Assembly (NCBI GenBank): GCA_036498645.1
Contig: DASYFC010000026.1
Span: 1 to 60,173, forward strand
Reading direction: 5' to 3'
DNA length: 60,173 nt
Origin: Acidimicrobiia bacterium
GTDB taxonomy: Bacteria; Actinomycetota; Acidimicrobiia; IMCC26256; JACDBD01
Shown here: in pieces, positions 16,238-27,056 of the stretch
How positions within the stretch are numbered: position 1 is the first letter of the stretch
Layout of the letters: each line of letters begins with the position of its first letter
Translations under genes and position numbers: made by a program
The notes under the pieces: model-generated
Database searches by the model: none
Told to the model about the DNA's origin: nothing
Seen by the model: only the letters and a program-made list of their open reading frames with translations

Positions 16238-16555
16238 GTGGCCAACGCGATCGCAGGCATCGTGTGCCTCGTCGCGTGGCGCGTCACGCGCTGGCGCGGG
16301 CGCTGGGTGTGGATCCTGACGATCGTCGCCGAGGCGCTCTTCCTGTTCGACGTCGTCGTCGGCACTGCACTCGTCGCCGCGTACAAGTACAAGCCGCCCG
16401 GCATTCACATGTTCTACGGGTTCCTCGTGTTCATCACGGTCGGGCTGGCGTTCCAGTACCGCGAGTCGATGCGGGGACGAACCGAGCTGCTGTACGGTCT
16501 CGTCGGGTTGTTCCTCATGGGTCTCGGGATCCGGGCAGTGTTCCAGGTGGTCTGA
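16238..16555 (+). CDS. small integral membrane protein (about 4 TM helices), unknown function
   Basis: 105-aa ORF with a GTG start, hydrophobic segments and G/C-rich third positions. The stop overlaps the ddl ATG (TGATG). The start may lie further upstream, but no canonical codon is found there. Confidence 0.6.
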   Translation: MANAIAGIVCLVAWRVTRWRGRWVWILTIVAEALFLFDVVVGTALVAAYKYKPPGIHMFYGFLVFITVGLAFQYRESMRGRTELLYGLVGLFLMGLGIRAVFQVV

Positions 16556-17712
16556 TGAGCCCTTCGAGTCCGTCACACCGTCGAGTACGCGTGCTCCTGC
16601 TCTTCGGCGGCCGCTCCGCCGAGCACGACGTCTCGCGCGTCACGGCCGTCGCGGTCGCACGAGCGCTCGACCCCGCCCGCTACGAGGTGCTCCCCGTCGC
16701 GATCACGACCGACGGACGATGGCTTTTCGCCGACGAGGCACGGCGGATGATCGAGCAAGGATCCGGGGCGCTGCCGGCCGCGTTGCCCGTCGAGGGCGAG
16801 CCGGTCTCGGAGCTCGGTGACCTGGTGGCGAGAGGCGAGCACGATGCGCTCGACGAGCCGGCGGCGCGCTCGGCACTCGACGCCGATGTCGTGCTCCCGC
16901 TCCTCCACGGCCCGTACGGCGAGGACGGCACCGTCCAGGGACTGCTGGAGCTGGCCGGCCTGCCGTACGTCGGCGCCGGAGTCGTGGGCTCGGCGGTCGG
17001 GATGGACAAGGTGATGATGAAGCGCGCGTTCGCGGCGTGCGGACTTCCGATCGCGACGTACGCGTCGTTCCGGGACGGCCACGATCGGGTCGCGTTCGCA
17101 GCTCAGGTGGAGTCCGAGATCGGATATCCCTGCTTCGTCAAGCCCGCCAACCTCGGCTCCTCCGTCGGTGTCTCGAAAGCACGCGACCGTGCGAGCTTCG
17201 ACGCCGCCCTCGACCTGGCCCTGAGCTTCGACGAGTGGGCGATCGTCGAAGAGGCGATCGACGGACGGGAAGTCGAGGTCGCGGTCCTCGGTGACGATCC
17301 GCCGGAGGTTTCGGTGCCGGGGGAGGTCGTGCCGGGTGACGAGTTCTACTCGTATGCGGACAAGTACGAGCGCGACGACGCGCAGCTCCTGATCCCGGCG
17401 CCGCTGACGCCGGAGCTGACTGGTGAGGTGCGCGTGCTGGGCGCGCGCGCGTTCGAGGCATGCCGGTGCGAGGCAATGGCGCGCGTCGACTTCTTCTTCG
17501 AGGAGCAGCGCCCCGACGGAAGTGGGGGCCGCGGCTTCCTCGTCAACGAGATCAACACGATCCCGGGGTTCGTCGCCGGGGTCTCCCAGTACCCCCGTCT
17601 CTGGGAGCAATCAGGCGTCACGTACCCCGAGCTGCTCGACCGCCTGATCGAGCTGGCGTTCGCGCGCCACGAGCGGCGGGCCAAGCGCGCCGGCCGCCAG
17701 CGCGACGAGTAG
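16555..17712 (+). CDS. ddl: D-alanine--D-alanine ligase
   Basis: RVRVLLLFGGRSAEHDVS, LHGPYGEDGTVQGLLE, FVKPANLGSSVG and NEINTIPGF form the ATP-grasp Ddl pattern. Confidence 0.92.
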   Translation: MSPSSPSHRRVRVLLLFGGRSAEHDVSRVTAVAVARALDPARYEVLPVAITTDGRWLFADEARRMIEQGSGALPAALPVEGEPVSELGDLVARGEHDALDEPAARSALDADVVLPLLHGPYGEDGTVQGLLELAGLPYVGAGVVGSAVGMDKVMMKRAFAACGLPIATYASFRDGHDRVAFAAQVESEIGYPCFVKPANLGSSVGVSKARDRASFDAALDLALSFDEWAIVEEAIDGREVEVAVLGDDPPEVSVPGEVVPGDEFYSYADKYERDDAQLLIPAPLTPELTGEVRVLGARAFEACRCEAMARVDFFFEEQRPDGSGGRGFLVNEINTIPGFVAGVSQYPRLWEQSGVTYPELLDRLIELAFARHERRAKRAGRQRDE

Positions 17713-17724
17713 ATCGACGAGGAG

Positions 17725-17961
17725 TTAGAGGTTCACCACCGGGCACGTGAACGTGCGGGTGATCCCCTCGACCGACTGGATCTGCGAGACGACCATCGCG
17801 CCGAGCTCGTCCAGGCTGGGAGCTTCCGTCTTGACGATCACGTCGTACGGGCCGGTGACGTCGTCCGCCGACAGGACTCCGGTGATCTTGCGGGCCTGTT
17901 CGGCCACGCTGACAGCCTTGCCGACTTCGGTCTGGATGAGCACGTACGCGGTGACTGACAT
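17725..17961 (-). CDS. stand-alone Lrp/AsnC ligand-binding (RAM) domain protein
   Basis: MSVTAYVLIQTEVGKAVSVAEQARKITGVLSADDVTGPYDVIVKTEA...SVEGITRTFTCPVV; 78 aa from the internal ATG at 17961. Confidence 0.75.
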   Translation of the reverse strand: MSVTAYVLIQTEVGKAVSVAEQARKITGVLSADDVTGPYDVIVKTEAPSLDELGAMVVSQIQSVEGITRTFTCPVVNL

Positions 17962-18034
17962 GCGGCGCCCCCTGTGCAACCGGCTCGGGCGCGCATGGTA
18001 GCGCCGGGTTCCGGTGCGGCCGCTCGGCCGCCTG

Positions 18035-19216
18035 CTATCCGATCTGCACCGTGGCCGGGAGGCCCGCGCCCATGAGGTCGACGAAGTTGTCGCAGTAGAA
18101 CCGCTGCCTGGCGTGCTCCGACACGGGCGCGAGGCTCCGCTCGAAGCGCCCGAGCGGGTTCCGGCCGCCTTCGACGTGGGGGTAGTCGGACGAGAACATG
18201 CAGATGTCTTCGCTCGACTGCTCGATGATCCACCCCGCGTCCTCGTGCGGGTACGGCGTCACGCGCACCTGGCGGGTGAAGTACTCGCTTGGCCTGAGCT
18301 CGAGCTGCTGGAGGCGTTCCTCGTTCCGGCGGAAGGCATCGGCGGCGGAGTCGAGCGTTCGCATGACCCCCGGGAGCCAGGTACCACCCTGCTCGATGAC
18401 CCCGAAGCGGAGGGTGGGGAAGCGGTCGAGCACCCCGTCGATGATCAGCGTGCCGAGCACCTGCATCACCGGGTACTGGATGGCGATGTAGTCGACCGAG
18501 CGGAAGTTGCCGTCGCCGCCGTGGAAGTCTGGCACGGGCGGCAGCCCGTTCTCGAAGATCATCGGGTCGACGAGCCGTCCGCCCCCGCCGACGTGGAACA
18601 CGATCGGGATTCCCGCCTCCTGCGCCTGCGCCCACACCGGGTCGAGCCTGACGTGGCTCGGGGAGTGATGGCGCGGGCACGCCGACGCGATCAGCAACGC
18701 CTTGCAGCCCATCTCGAGCGCTTCGCCCGCGAACGCGGCCGACCGTTCGAAGTCGGCGAGCGGCACGTAGCCAGTCGGCAGGAGGCGGGGGTCGACGGAG
18801 CAGAACTCGACGACGGCGCGGTTGTGCGCCCGGGCGAGGCCGTACGCCAGATCGAGATCGTCGCCGTGCTCCACGCGTTGCAGCGTCTTGTTCGTGAACG
18901 TGTTGAAGATGAGCTGGCTGGCGACGCCGAGCATGTCGATGGCGGCGGGACGGTCCTCGGCGATGAAGGAGCCCGTGGCCTCGAAGTTCTTGCGCAGCCA
19001 GATCTGCTCCTCGTCGTGGCTACGGAACTCGGGATCGCCGTGGCGGCGGCGGAAGTGCTCGACGATCTCGTTCTCGCTCGTGCCGTCGTCGTTGATCCGG
19101 AACCCGACGGTGAGCTCGGCGATGCGGTCGCGTACGTCGGGGTCGGCATGCTCGGTGAAGAGGTCCGGCGGCTCCAAGAGGTGCGCGTCGGCGTCGTGGA
19201 TCACGCGATCGGCCAT
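18035..19216 (-). CDS. amidohydrolase family protein (amidohydrolase_2 / ACMSD-like metal-dependent hydrolase)
   Basis: 393-aa ORF with VIHDADAHLLEP at the N-terminus and FHVGGGG ... FSSDYPHVEG at the C-terminus, typical of the TIM-barrel amidohydrolase_2 family. Confidence 0.85.
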   Translation of the reverse strand: MADRVIHDADAHLLEPPDLFTEHADPDVRDRIAELTVGFRINDDGTSENEIVEHFRRRHGDPEFRSHDEEQIWLRKNFEATGSFIAEDRPAAIDMLGVASQLIFNTFTNKTLQRVEHGDDLDLAYGLARAHNRAVVEFCSVDPRLLPTGYVPLADFERSAAFAGEALEMGCKALLIASACPRHHSPSHVRLDPVWAQAQEAGIPIVFHVGGGGRLVDPMIFENGLPPVPDFHGGDGNFRSVDYIAIQYPVMQVLGTLIIDGVLDRFPTLRFGVIEQGGTWLPGVMRTLDSAADAFRRNEERLQQLELRPSEYFTRQVRVTPYPHEDAGWIIEQSSEDICMFSSDYPHVEGGRNPLGRFERSLAPVSEHARQRFYCDNFVDLMGAGLPATVQIG

Positions 19217-19249
19217 CGGCGGTTCCCCCTTCCTGACACGGGGACCGTT

Positions 19250-21055
19250 CTAGCCGAGCCGGGCCTCCAGCGCGCTCAGCTCGTCCCACAACGGGGTCGG
19301 GAGCTTGTCGCCCAGCGATTCGAAGTGCTCGCGGATGAGCGGCACCTCTGCCCGCCACTCGTCGGGATCGACCTGCACCGCCGCTGCGACGGCGTCGGTG
19401 GGCACGTCGAGCCCGTCGACATCGAGGTGGCCGGCGCCCGGCACGAACCCGATCGCCGTCTCCTCGGCGCCGGCCGTCTCCTCGCAGCGGTCGAACACCC
19501 ACTCGAGCACGCGGGAGTTCTCACCGAACCCGGGCCACAGGAACTTGCCGTTGGCGTCCTTGCGGAACCAGTTGACGCCGTAGATGCGCGGCAGCTGCGA
19601 CTCGTCGGTGCGGCCGGTCATGCTCAGCCAGTGGGAGAAGTAGTCGGCCATGTGGTAGCCGCAGAACGGCAGCATCGCGAACGGGTCGCGGCGGAGCTGC
19701 CCGAGGCCGCCGACCGCGGCCGCGGTCTTCTCGGAGCCCATGGTCGCCCCGATGAACACGCCGTGGCGCCAGTTGCGCGCCTCGAACACGAGGGGGACCG
19801 TCGAAGCGCGGCGGCCGCCGAACAAGAACGCCGAGATCGGGACGCCCTTGGGGTCCTCCCACTCGGGGGCGATCACCGGGCACTGCGATGCGGGCACGCA
19901 GAACCGCGAGTTGGGATGCGCGGCGGGCGTCTCCGACTCCGACGTCCAGTCGTCGCGCCGCCAGTCGGTGCAGTGCGCCGGCGGCTCCGCGGTCATGCCC
20001 TCCCACCACACGTCGCCGTCGTCGGTGAGCGCGGTGTTCGTGAACACGGTGTTCTTGGTAAGGGTCAACATGGCGTTCGGGTTCGTGTCCATGCTGGTTC
20101 CAGGCGCGACGCCGAAGAAGCCGAACTCGGGGTTGATCGCGTACAGGCGGCCGTCGTCGCCGAACTTCATCCACGCGATGTCGTCGCCGATGGTCTCCGC
20201 CTCCCAGCCCGGCACCGTCGGGATGAGCATGGCGAGGTTCGTCTTGCCGCACGCCGACGGGAACGCGGCTGCGATGTAGCGGCTCACGCCCTCGGGGTTG
20301 GTGAGCTTGAGGATGAGCATGTGCTCGGCGAGCCAACCCTCGTCACGGGCGATCACTGACGCGATCCGGAGTGCGAAGCACTTCTTGCCGAGGAGCGCGT
20401 TGCCGCCGTAGCCCGACCCGTACGACCAGATCTCGCGGGACTCGGGGAAGTGGACGATCCACTTCTCCTCGTTGTTGCACGGCCAGGCGACGTCGACCTC
20501 GCCGGGCTCGAGCGGCGCGCCGACCGAGTGCATGCACGGTACGAACTCCCCGTCGCCGAGCACCTCGAGGGCAGGCGTGCCGGCCCGGGTCATGATGCGC
20601 ATGCTCAGGGCGACGTAGGGCGAGTCGGTGATCTCGACGCCGATGTAGGAGAGCGGCGAGCCGAGCGGGCCCATGCTGAAGGGCACCACGTACATCGTCC
20701 GGCCCCGCATCGAGCCCGCGAACAGCTGCCGGAGGCGCGCCCGCATGTCCGACGGGTCCTCCCAGTTGTTGGTCGGCCCGGCGTCGGCCTCGCGTTCGGA
20801 GCACACGAAGGTCCGGTCCTCGACGCGGGCGACGTCGCCCGGGTCGGATGCCGCCCAGTACGAGCCGGGGCGCTTGGCCGGATCGAGCTCGACGAGCGTG
20901 CCCGCTTCGACCAGCTGCTTGCTCAGCAGCTCGTACTCCTCGTCCGAGCCTTCGAACCAGTGGACGGAATCGGGCTCGCAGAGGGCGACCATCTCGTTCA
21001 CCCACCCCAGGAGCCTCTGATTCCGAGTGGGTGGGGCGTTCAACGTGACGGACAC
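19250..21055 (-). CDS. pckG: phosphoenolpyruvate carboxykinase (GTP)
   Basis: 601-aa [16 protein letters not shown] (kinase-1a), [25 protein letters not shown] and the overall GTP-PEPCK layout are present. Confidence 0.95.
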   Translation of the reverse strand: MSVTLNAPPTRNQRLLGWVNEMVALCEPDSVHWFEGSDEEYELLSKQLVEAGTLVELDPAKRPGSYWAASDPGDVARVEDRTFVCSEREADAGPTNNWEDPSDMRARLRQLFAGSMRGRTMYVVPFSMGPLGSPLSYIGVEITDSPYVALSMRIMTRAGTPALEVLGDGEFVPCMHSVGAPLEPGEVDVAWPCNNEEKWIVHFPESREIWSYGSGYGGNALLGKKCFALRIASVIARDEGWLAEHMLILKLTNPEGVSRYIAAAFPSACGKTNLAMLIPTVPGWEAETIGDDIAWMKFGDDGRLYAINPEFGFFGVAPGTSMDTNPNAMLTLTKNTVFTNTALTDDGDVWWEGMTAEPPAHCTDWRRDDWTSESETPAAHPNSRFCVPASQCPVIAPEWEDPKGVPISAFLFGGRRASTVPLVFEARNWRHGVFIGATMGSEKTAAAVGGLGQLRRDPFAMLPFCGYHMADYFSHWLSMTGRTDESQLPRIYGVNWFRKDANGKFLWPGFGENSRVLEWVFDRCEETAGAEETAIGFVPGAGHLDVDGLDVPTDAVAAAVQVDPDEWRAEVPLIREHFESLGDKLPTPLWDELSALEARLG

Positions 21056-21206
21056 GACGCCGACTCCTTGCGGGGAAACGGTTCGAACAGCCTACCGGCG
21101 ACCGCCCAAACCGGCCGAACCGTCGCGCGGTATACCCCGGAAGCCCCCGGTGCATGCGGGGACACGGCTAGGTTGACGCCGCCGCGCACCGTTCGGGGAG
21201 GACGTC

Positions 21207-21470
21207 ATGAGCTGGCTGTCGTGGATCGTGGTCGGGTTCATCGCCGGCGCGCTCGCGAAGGGCGTCACCGGCGTGAAGGGCGCAGGGTGCATCGGCACGG
21301 TCCTGATCGGGATCGCCGGCGGCATCCTCGGCGGCATCATCTTCTCGGCCGCCGGCGGCGAGGGCATCAACGAGTTCAGCTTCTACTCGCTGCTCGTCGC
21401 GTTCGTCGGCGCGACGCTGCTGCTCTTCGTCTACGGCGCGCTCACGGGCGGCGGCCGCCGGCGGCGCTGA
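21207..21470 (+). CDS. GlsB/YeaQ/YmgE family stress-response membrane protein
   Basis: MSWLSWIVVGFIAGALAK...IGIAGGILGGIIF is a transglycosylase-associated family pattern; 87 aa. Confidence 0.85.
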   Translation: MSWLSWIVVGFIAGALAKGVTGVKGAGCIGTVLIGIAGGILGGIIFSAAGGEGINEFSFYSLLVAFVGATLLLFVYGALTGGGRRRR

Positions 21471-21513
21471 CACCGCGGCGACCAGGGGCGACTGAAGCCG
21501 GGCGCGGAACCGG

Positions 21514-21741
21514 TCAGACCTCGGCGGTGGGGAGGCCCATGTCGACCTCGGCACCGATGCGTACTTTGGTCGCCAACCCGGCGTCGTCGATGTCGAACAC
21601 GACCCGCTGACCTTGGCGCAGCATGCGGAAGATCGAGCCGTCGAGCGCGTCGAGCGAGAGGGTGAACTCCTCGCGATCGGTGTCGCGCATGACCACGCCC
21701 TCGCGGGTCTGGGGGTCGTAGGTCCGGACCACTCCCTGCAC
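21514..21741 (-). CDS. small cold-shock-domain-like (OB-fold) protein, divergent
   Basis: MQGVVRTYDPQTREGVVMRDTDREEFTLSLDALDGSIFRMLRQGQRVVFDID follows the CspA-type spacing (G.V...G.V......F.......L..GQRV.F), but the RNP motifs are degenerate. Confidence 0.55.
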   Translation of the reverse strand: MQGVVRTYDPQTREGVVMRDTDREEFTLSLDALDGSIFRMLRQGQRVVFDIDDAGLATKVRIGAEVDMGLPTAEV

Positions 21742-21753
21742 GGGTGCTCCTCG

Positions 21754-21942
21754 CTACGGCTTCTGCACCTTGCCTGCCTTCAGGCAGGACGTGCAGACGT
21801 GGATTCGCTTGGGGCTACCGTCCACGATGGCGCGGATGCGCTGGACGTTCGGGTTCCAGCGCCGCTTCGTGCGCCGGTGCGAGTGGCTCACGCGCATGCC
21901 GAACTGCGGCTTCTTGCCGCACACGTCGCACACGGATGCCAT
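21754..21942 (-). CDS. rpmB: 50S ribosomal protein L28
   Basis: Internal ATG 21942 gives [35 protein letters not shown]...; 62 aa. Confidence 0.9.
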   Translation of the reverse strand: MASVCDVCGKKPQFGMRVSHSHRRTKRRWNPNVQRIRAIVDGSPKRIHVCTSCLKAGKVQKP

Positions 21943-22030
21943 CGGGACCACCTCGAAGCGGGTCGGGGAACAGTCAAGGATAGCAACGGCATCCGGAAGG
22001 CCCGGAATGTGACGGCAGTAACATCCGGTC

Positions 22031-23683
22031 GTGAGTCCCCTCGAGGAGCTGGCGCCCGCTGATCTGCGGCGCGTCGTCGTCACCTATCGCGACGCGCTGC
22101 GCTCCCACCAGGACGAGCTGAACCGCCTCAACGTCTATCCCGTCCCCGACGGCGACACCGGCACCAACATGGCGCTCACGCTCGAGTCGGTCGTCGGGGA
22201 GCTCGACTCGGCCGACGGGATGGCCGAGATCTGCCATGCGGTCTCGCACGGGTCGCTCATGGGCGCACGGGGCAACTCGGGCGTCATCCTCTCGCAGATC
22301 CTGCGCGGGCTCGCCGACACCTTCTCCGACCGCGACGAGGCGTCCGCCGCCGATCTTGTCGCCGGCTTCCGGCGGGCGACCGACGCCGCGTACCAAGCAG
22401 TGCTCCGGCCGGTCGAAGGCACGATCCTGACCGTGGTGCGTGCCGCGACCGAGGCGGTCGAGGCCGCCTACGAAGGCGGAGAGAAGTCGCTCGCCGCGCT
22501 ACTCGACCGAGCCGGCCTGGCTGCCCGCGAAGCCGTCGAGCGCACGCCCGAGCTCCTCCCCGTGCTCAAGGAAGCAGGCGTTGTCGACGCGGGCGGCCAG
22601 GGGTTCGCGCTGATGATCGACGCGTTCCTGGCGGTGGTCGACGGCCGCTCGCTGCCGGAGCCGGAGGTGGTGACGACGCCTCCCGCGGTCGAAGCCCACA
22701 TGCACCGCGACGACGCGTCGTCGCTTCGGTACGAGGTCATGTACCTCCTCGAAGCGAAGGACTCGACGATCCCCGCCTTCAAGGACACCTGGGCGTCACT
22801 CGGCGACTCGATCGTCGTCGTGGGTGGGGACGGCATGTGGAACTGTCACGTCCACACCAACGACGTCGGCGCCGCGATCGAGGCCGGCATCGAGGCCGGG
22901 CGACCCCGGAGCATCCGCGTCACCGACCTGCTCGACCAGGTCGAGGAGGAGCAGTGGGTGCGCGACCAGACCTCGGCCGAGTCGACCTCTGACGCCGCGG
23001 TCATGACCGCGAGCGCTACGCAAGGGTGCACGACGGCCGTCGTCGCGGTCGGCGTCGGCGAAGGCGTGCGACGGCTGCTGAACAGCCTCGGCGTCCACGC
23101 CGTCGTCGCCGGCGGCCAGTCGATGAACCCGTCGACGGCGCAGATACTCGACGCGATCGAGCGGAGCCCATCCGACTCGGTGATCGTCCTCCCCAACAAC
23201 AAGAACATCGTCCCGGTGGCCGAGCAGGTTCACGAGCTCACCGCGCGCCGCGTCGAGGTGGTGCCGACCCAAGCCGTGGTCGAAGCGCTCGCCGCGTTGG
23301 TCGCGTACGACCCGCAGGCGACCGTCGAAGCCAACGCAGCCGCGATGACCGAAGCCGTCCAACGGGTGCGAACGGGTGAGGTCACCCAGGCGGTCCGCGA
23401 CGGCGCGGGCGACGCCGGGCCGATCAAGGCGGGCGACTGGATCGCGATCAGCCGCGACGGCGTGTGGGTGGTCGAGAAGACGGCCGCCGACGCCGCGATC
23501 AGGCTCGTCGACCGGCTCGTGGATGACGAGAGTGAGCTGCTCACGGTCCTCGCCGGCGCGGAGTCGGTCACCGCCGAAACGGCGCGCCTCGAGGAGCACG
23601 TCGCACTCGCGTATCCGCACCTCGAGATCGAGGTCCACGAAGGCGGGCAGCCGCTGTACACCTACCTCGTCGGCGTCGAGTAG
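22031..23683 (+). CDS. DAK2 domain-containing protein (YloV-like)
   Basis: [18 protein letters not shown] and NSGVILSQ are the Dak2 phosphatase-domain motifs. It has the conserved position divergent from rpmB and upstream of recG. Confidence 0.9.
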   Translation: MSPLEELAPADLRRVVVTYRDALRSHQDELNRLNVYPVPDGDTGTNMALTLESVVGELDSADGMAEICHAVSHGSLMGARGNSGVILSQILRGLADTFSDRDEASAADLVAGFRRATDAAYQAVLRPVEGTILTVVRAATEAVEAAYEGGEKSLAALLDRAGLAAREAVERTPELLPVLKEAGVVDAGGQGFALMIDAFLAVVDGRSLPEPEVVTTPPAVEAHMHRDDASSLRYEVMYLLEAKDSTIPAFKDTWASLGDSIVVVGGDGMWNCHVHTNDVGAAIEAGIEAGRPRSIRVTDLLDQVEEEQWVRDQTSAESTSDAAVMTASATQGCTTAVVAVGVGEGVRRLLNSLGVHAVVAGGQSMNPSTAQILDAIERSPSDSVIVLPNNKNIVPVAEQVHELTARRVEVVPTQAVVEALAALVAYDPQATVEANAAAMTEAVQRVRTGEVTQAVRDGAGDAGPIKAGDWIAISRDGVWVVEKTAADAAIRLVDRLVDDESELLTVLAGAESVTAETARLEEHVALAYPHLEIEVHEGGQPLYTYLVGVE

Positions 23684-23685
23684 GT

Positions 23686-25896
23686 GTGGGCCGGCCGGAC
23701 GGGTTGACGCTGCGCGAGCTTGCCGCGCATCCCGTCACCGAGCTGAAGGCCGTCGGCCCGAAGCTCGAGGCGTCGCTCGCCGAGATGGAGATCCGCACCG
23801 TCCTGGACCTCCTCCAGCACTACCCGCGCCGGTACCACGACCGCACGAAGCGGGCCGAGATCGCCGAGCTCACCATGGGCGAGGAGGCGACCGTGTTCGC
23901 CGAGGTCAAGAAGATCCGGGGTTTCCGGACGCGCCAGGGCCGCGCCATGGTCGAAGGGGAGGTGTTCGACGGCTCGTCCTACCTGCGCGTCGTGTTCTTC
24001 AACCAGGGCTGGCGGGAGAAGCAGCTGCCCGAGGGAACCGAAGCCGCGTTCTTCGGACGGGTTGAATACCGGCGGTCCCGGCTGCAGATGACCAACCCGA
24101 TCGTCGACATCCTCGATCGCGTCGGCGAGAACACGGGCGCGATCGTGCCTGTGTATCCGCAGTCGGGGAAGGCGGAGGTGTTCACGTGGCAGCTCCGCAA
24201 GCTCGTCGCAGCCTGCCTGCAGAAGACCAAGCCGCGCGGCTTCGCCGAGCCCCTCGGCACCGAGCTCCTCGACGAGCGCGGGCTCGTCGACCGGACGCGT
24301 GCATACCGGGGGATCCACCGGCCGGAGGCGCACGCCGACCACAGCCGCGCCGCCGAACGGCTCAAGTTCGACGAGTTCGTCCGCATGCAGGTCGGGCTCG
24401 TGGCGCGCAAGCGCGCGCTCGCAGAGGAGCAGACCGGGATCCGTCACGCCGTTGACGGCCATCTCGTGGAGTCGTTCCACGGCGCGTTGCCGTTCGCTCT
24501 CACCGGCGATCAGAGACAGGCGATCGAACAGATCTTCCGGGACCTCGCGTCGCCCGCGCCGATGCACCGTCTGCTGCAGGGCGACGTCGGTTCTGGGAAG
24601 ACCGTCGTCGCGCTCAGCGCGCTCCTCGTTGCAGTGCAGGGCGGCTACCAGGGGGCCTTCATGGCGCCCACCGAGGTGCTGGCCGAGCAGCACTACCTCA
24701 CGTCGCGCCGCCTCCTCGAGGACCTCACCGTGCCGTCGGAGGCGACGTTGGTCGGCGAGCGGCCGGTGCGCGTCGAGCTCGTCACCAATCGCACCGGCGC
24801 TCCCGACCGGCGCCGGATCGCCGACGGGTTGAACGCGGGCGAGGTCGACATCGTGGTCGGCACGCACGCGTTGATCTACGGCGAGGTCGAGTTCGCCCGT
24901 CTCGGCGTGGCGGTGATCGACGAGCAGCACCGCTTCGGTGTCGAGCAGCGGGCGCTCCTGCGCGGCAAAGGACACAATCACATTTCGCAGGCTCGCTCGG
25001 AGCCGGGATCAGGGGAATCCTCGGCTCCGCCCTCCGGGACGCTCGCCACTGGGCCCGACGTTCTCGTCATGACGGCCACGCCCATCCCCCGGACCGCCGC
25101 CATGCTCGTCTACGGCGACCTCGACAAGTCCGAGCTGCGGGAGATGCCCCCGGGACGCACGCCCGTGACCACGCACGTGATCGGGCCCAGTCCGCTCGAG
25201 CGCACCACCGCCTACGAGCGTCTGCGCACCGAGGTCGAAGCCGGCCGGCAGGCGTACGTCGTGTGCCCGCTCGTCGAAGGATCGGCGCGCACCGAGGCGA
25301 AGGCCGCCACCGAGGAGCTCGAGCGTCTCGGAGAGGAGGAGCTCGCGGGTCTTCGCCTCGGTCTGCTCCACGGGCAGCTGCCGGCGCGCAAGAAGGAAGC
25401 GGTGATGGACGCGTTCCGCGCCGGCGACGTCGACGTGCTCGTGGCCACCACCGTGGTGGAGGTCGGCGTCGATGTCCCCAACGCGACGGTCATGATCGTC
25501 GAGGACGCCGACCGCTTCGGCCTCTCGCAGCTGCATCAACTGCGCGGCCGCATCGGACGCGGCGGCGGCGAATCATGGTGCTTCCTGTTCGCCGATCCGT
25601 CGACCCCCGAAGCAGACGCGCGCATGGAAGCAGTCGCGGGGTCGACCGACGGCTTTCTCCTCGCCGAGCGCGACCTCGAGATTCGCGGCGCGGGGGAGGT
25701 GTTCGGCGAACGTCAGGCCGGGTTCAGCGATCTCAAGCTGGGACGGATCCCGCGCGACGAGCCGATCGTCCTGGAGGCGCGCGCCGTCGCCGAGCAGATC
25801 CTCGACGTCGATCCGACATTGTCGGAGCACGCGCAGTTGCGTGAGGAGGTCGAGGACATGCTCGGCGACGCGGTCGAGTTCCTCTTCAAGAGCTGA
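23686..25896 (+). CDS. recG: ATP-dependent DNA helicase RecG
   Basis: The wedge/OB N-terminus, LLQGDVGSGKT, VIDEQHRFGV, VMTATPIPRT, QLHQLRGRIGRG and the TRG motif are all present. It carries an extra ~25-aa insert before MTATPIPRT. Confidence 0.95.
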   Translation: MGRPDGLTLRELAAHPVTELKAVGPKLEASLAEMEIRTVLDLLQHYPRRYHDRTKRAEIAELTMGEEATVFAEVKKIRGFRTRQGRAMVEGEVFDGSSYLRVVFFNQGWREKQLPEGTEAAFFGRVEYRRSRLQMTNPIVDILDRVGENTGAIVPVYPQSGKAEVFTWQLRKLVAACLQKTKPRGFAEPLGTELLDERGLVDRTRAYRGIHRPEAHADHSRAAERLKFDEFVRMQVGLVARKRALAEEQTGIRHAVDGHLVESFHGALPFALTGDQRQAIEQIFRDLASPAPMHRLLQGDVGSGKTVVALSALLVAVQGGYQGAFMAPTEVLAEQHYLTSRRLLEDLTVPSEATLVGERPVRVELVTNRTGAPDRRRIADGLNAGEVDIVVGTHALIYGEVEFARLGVAVIDEQHRFGVEQRALLRGKGHNHISQARSEPGSGESSAPPSGTLATGPDVLVMTATPIPRTAAMLVYGDLDKSELREMPPGRTPVTTHVIGPSPLERTTAYERLRTEVEAGRQAYVVCPLVEGSARTEAKAATEELERLGEEELAGLRLGLLHGQLPARKKEAVMDAFRAGDVDVLVATTVVEVGVDVPNATVMIVEDADRFGLSQLHQLRGRIGRGGGESWCFLFADPSTPEADARMEAVAGSTDGFLLAERDLEIRGAGEVFGERQAGFSDLKLGRIPRDEPIVLEARAVAEQILDVDPTLSEHAQLREEVEDMLGDAVEFLFKS

Positions 25897-25911
25897 CAGA
25901 GTCGATCGGCG

Positions 25912-26514
25912 ATGGCGCGCACGCGACGGAGCTCGCGACGGGAAGGACTTCGTGTGATCGCCGGCGTCGCCGGCGGATTGGCGCTCGTCGCGCCCAAGGG
26001 CGGGGCAGCGCGCCCGACGACCGACCGCGTCAAGGAGTCACTCTTCGGCGCGCTAGGGCCCGACCGGCTCGTGGACGCATCCGTCCTCGACCTCTACGCG
26101 GGGAGCGGCGCGCTCGCGATCGAAGCGATGTCGCGCGGCGCGGCGCGAGCCGTGCTCGTCGATCGCGACCACGCGGCGGTGACCGCCATGCGCCGCAACC
26201 TCGCGACCACGCGCCTGCGCGGACAGGCCCGCGTGCAGGGGAGCACCGTCGCAACGTTCCTGGCCGGGAAGCCACCGGTCGAGCGGCCGTTCGATCTCGT
26301 GTTCCTCGATCCGCCCTACGCCTCGTCGTCGGCCGAGCTGGGCCGGGTCCTGAGCGGCCTCGACGGCTCCGGGTGGCTGGCGGAGGGAGCCACCGTGGTG
26401 GTCGAGCGGCCGTCGGACGGCGGGCGGGCGCCGGCACCCGAGGCGTGGAAGGCCACGTGGGAACGGGCGTACGGCGATACGCTCGTGACCGTCCTCACAA
26501 CGTCGACGGGTTGA
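25912..26514 (+). CDS. rsmD: 16S rRNA (guanine966-N2)-methyltransferase RsmD
   Basis: RPTTDRVKESLFG, DLYAGSGALAIEAMSRGA and FLDPPY are present. Confidence 0.9.
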   Translation: MARTRRSSRREGLRVIAGVAGGLALVAPKGGAARPTTDRVKESLFGALGPDRLVDASVLDLYAGSGALAIEAMSRGAARAVLVDRDHAAVTAMRRNLATTRLRGQARVQGSTVATFLAGKPPVERPFDLVFLDPPYASSSAELGRVLSGLDGSGWLAEGATVVVERPSDGGRAPAPEAWKATWERAYGDTLVTVLTTSTG

Positions 26515-26545
26515 GAGACCTCACAGAGCAGGGGAGTCACAGGGC

Positions 26546-27055
26546 GTGGCGAGAGCACTGTGCCCGGGATCGTTCGACCCGGTGACGAACGGTCATCTCG
26601 ACATCATCGAACGGACGGCGCGCCACTTCGAAGACGTCCTCGTGGCCGTGATCCGCAACCCGCAGAAGTCGGAGTCCCTGTTCACGCTCGAGGAGCGCCA
26701 GGAGATGCTGCGGGAGGCCACCGCGCACCTCCCCAACATCCACATCGGCTCGTTCAAGGGCCTGCTCGTCGACTACGCCAAGGAGCACGACGCCCAGGCG
26801 ATCGTGAAGGGCCTGCGGGCGATGTCGGACTTCGACTACGAGCTCCAGATGGCCCAGATGAACGAGCGTCTGTCGGGGATCGACACCTTCTTCATCTCCA
26901 CCAGCCCGCAGTACTCCTTCTTGTCGTCGAGCCTCGTGCGGGAGGTCGCCCGCTTCGGCGGCGACGTGACCAACATGGTGCCGCCCGCCGTCGCGAAGCG
27001 ATTGGTCGAGCGGTTCGGGGACCGCGCGGCCCGCGCCGGGGACGACCCGCGGTGA
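26546..27055 (+). CDS. coaD: pantetheine-phosphate adenylyltransferase
   Basis: CPGSFDPVTNGHLDII and ISSSLVREV are the CoaD nucleotidyltransferase motifs. Confidence 0.95.
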   Translation: MARALCPGSFDPVTNGHLDIIERTARHFEDVLVAVIRNPQKSESLFTLEERQEMLREATAHLPNIHIGSFKGLLVDYAKEHDAQAIVKGLRAMSDFDYELQMAQMNERLSGIDTFFISTSPQYSFLSSSLVREVARFGGDVTNMVPPAVAKRLVERFGDRAARAGDDPR

Positions 27056-27056
27056 C

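Noticed and set aside
21078-21123. 8-bp inverted repeat ACGGTTCG ... CGAACCGT in the pckG/glsB divergent region. The string GTTCGAACA is shared with the 4040 region.
   Set aside because: The repeat is short with a ~30-nt spacer. The 9-mer sharing could be chance, and there is no further support for an operator.
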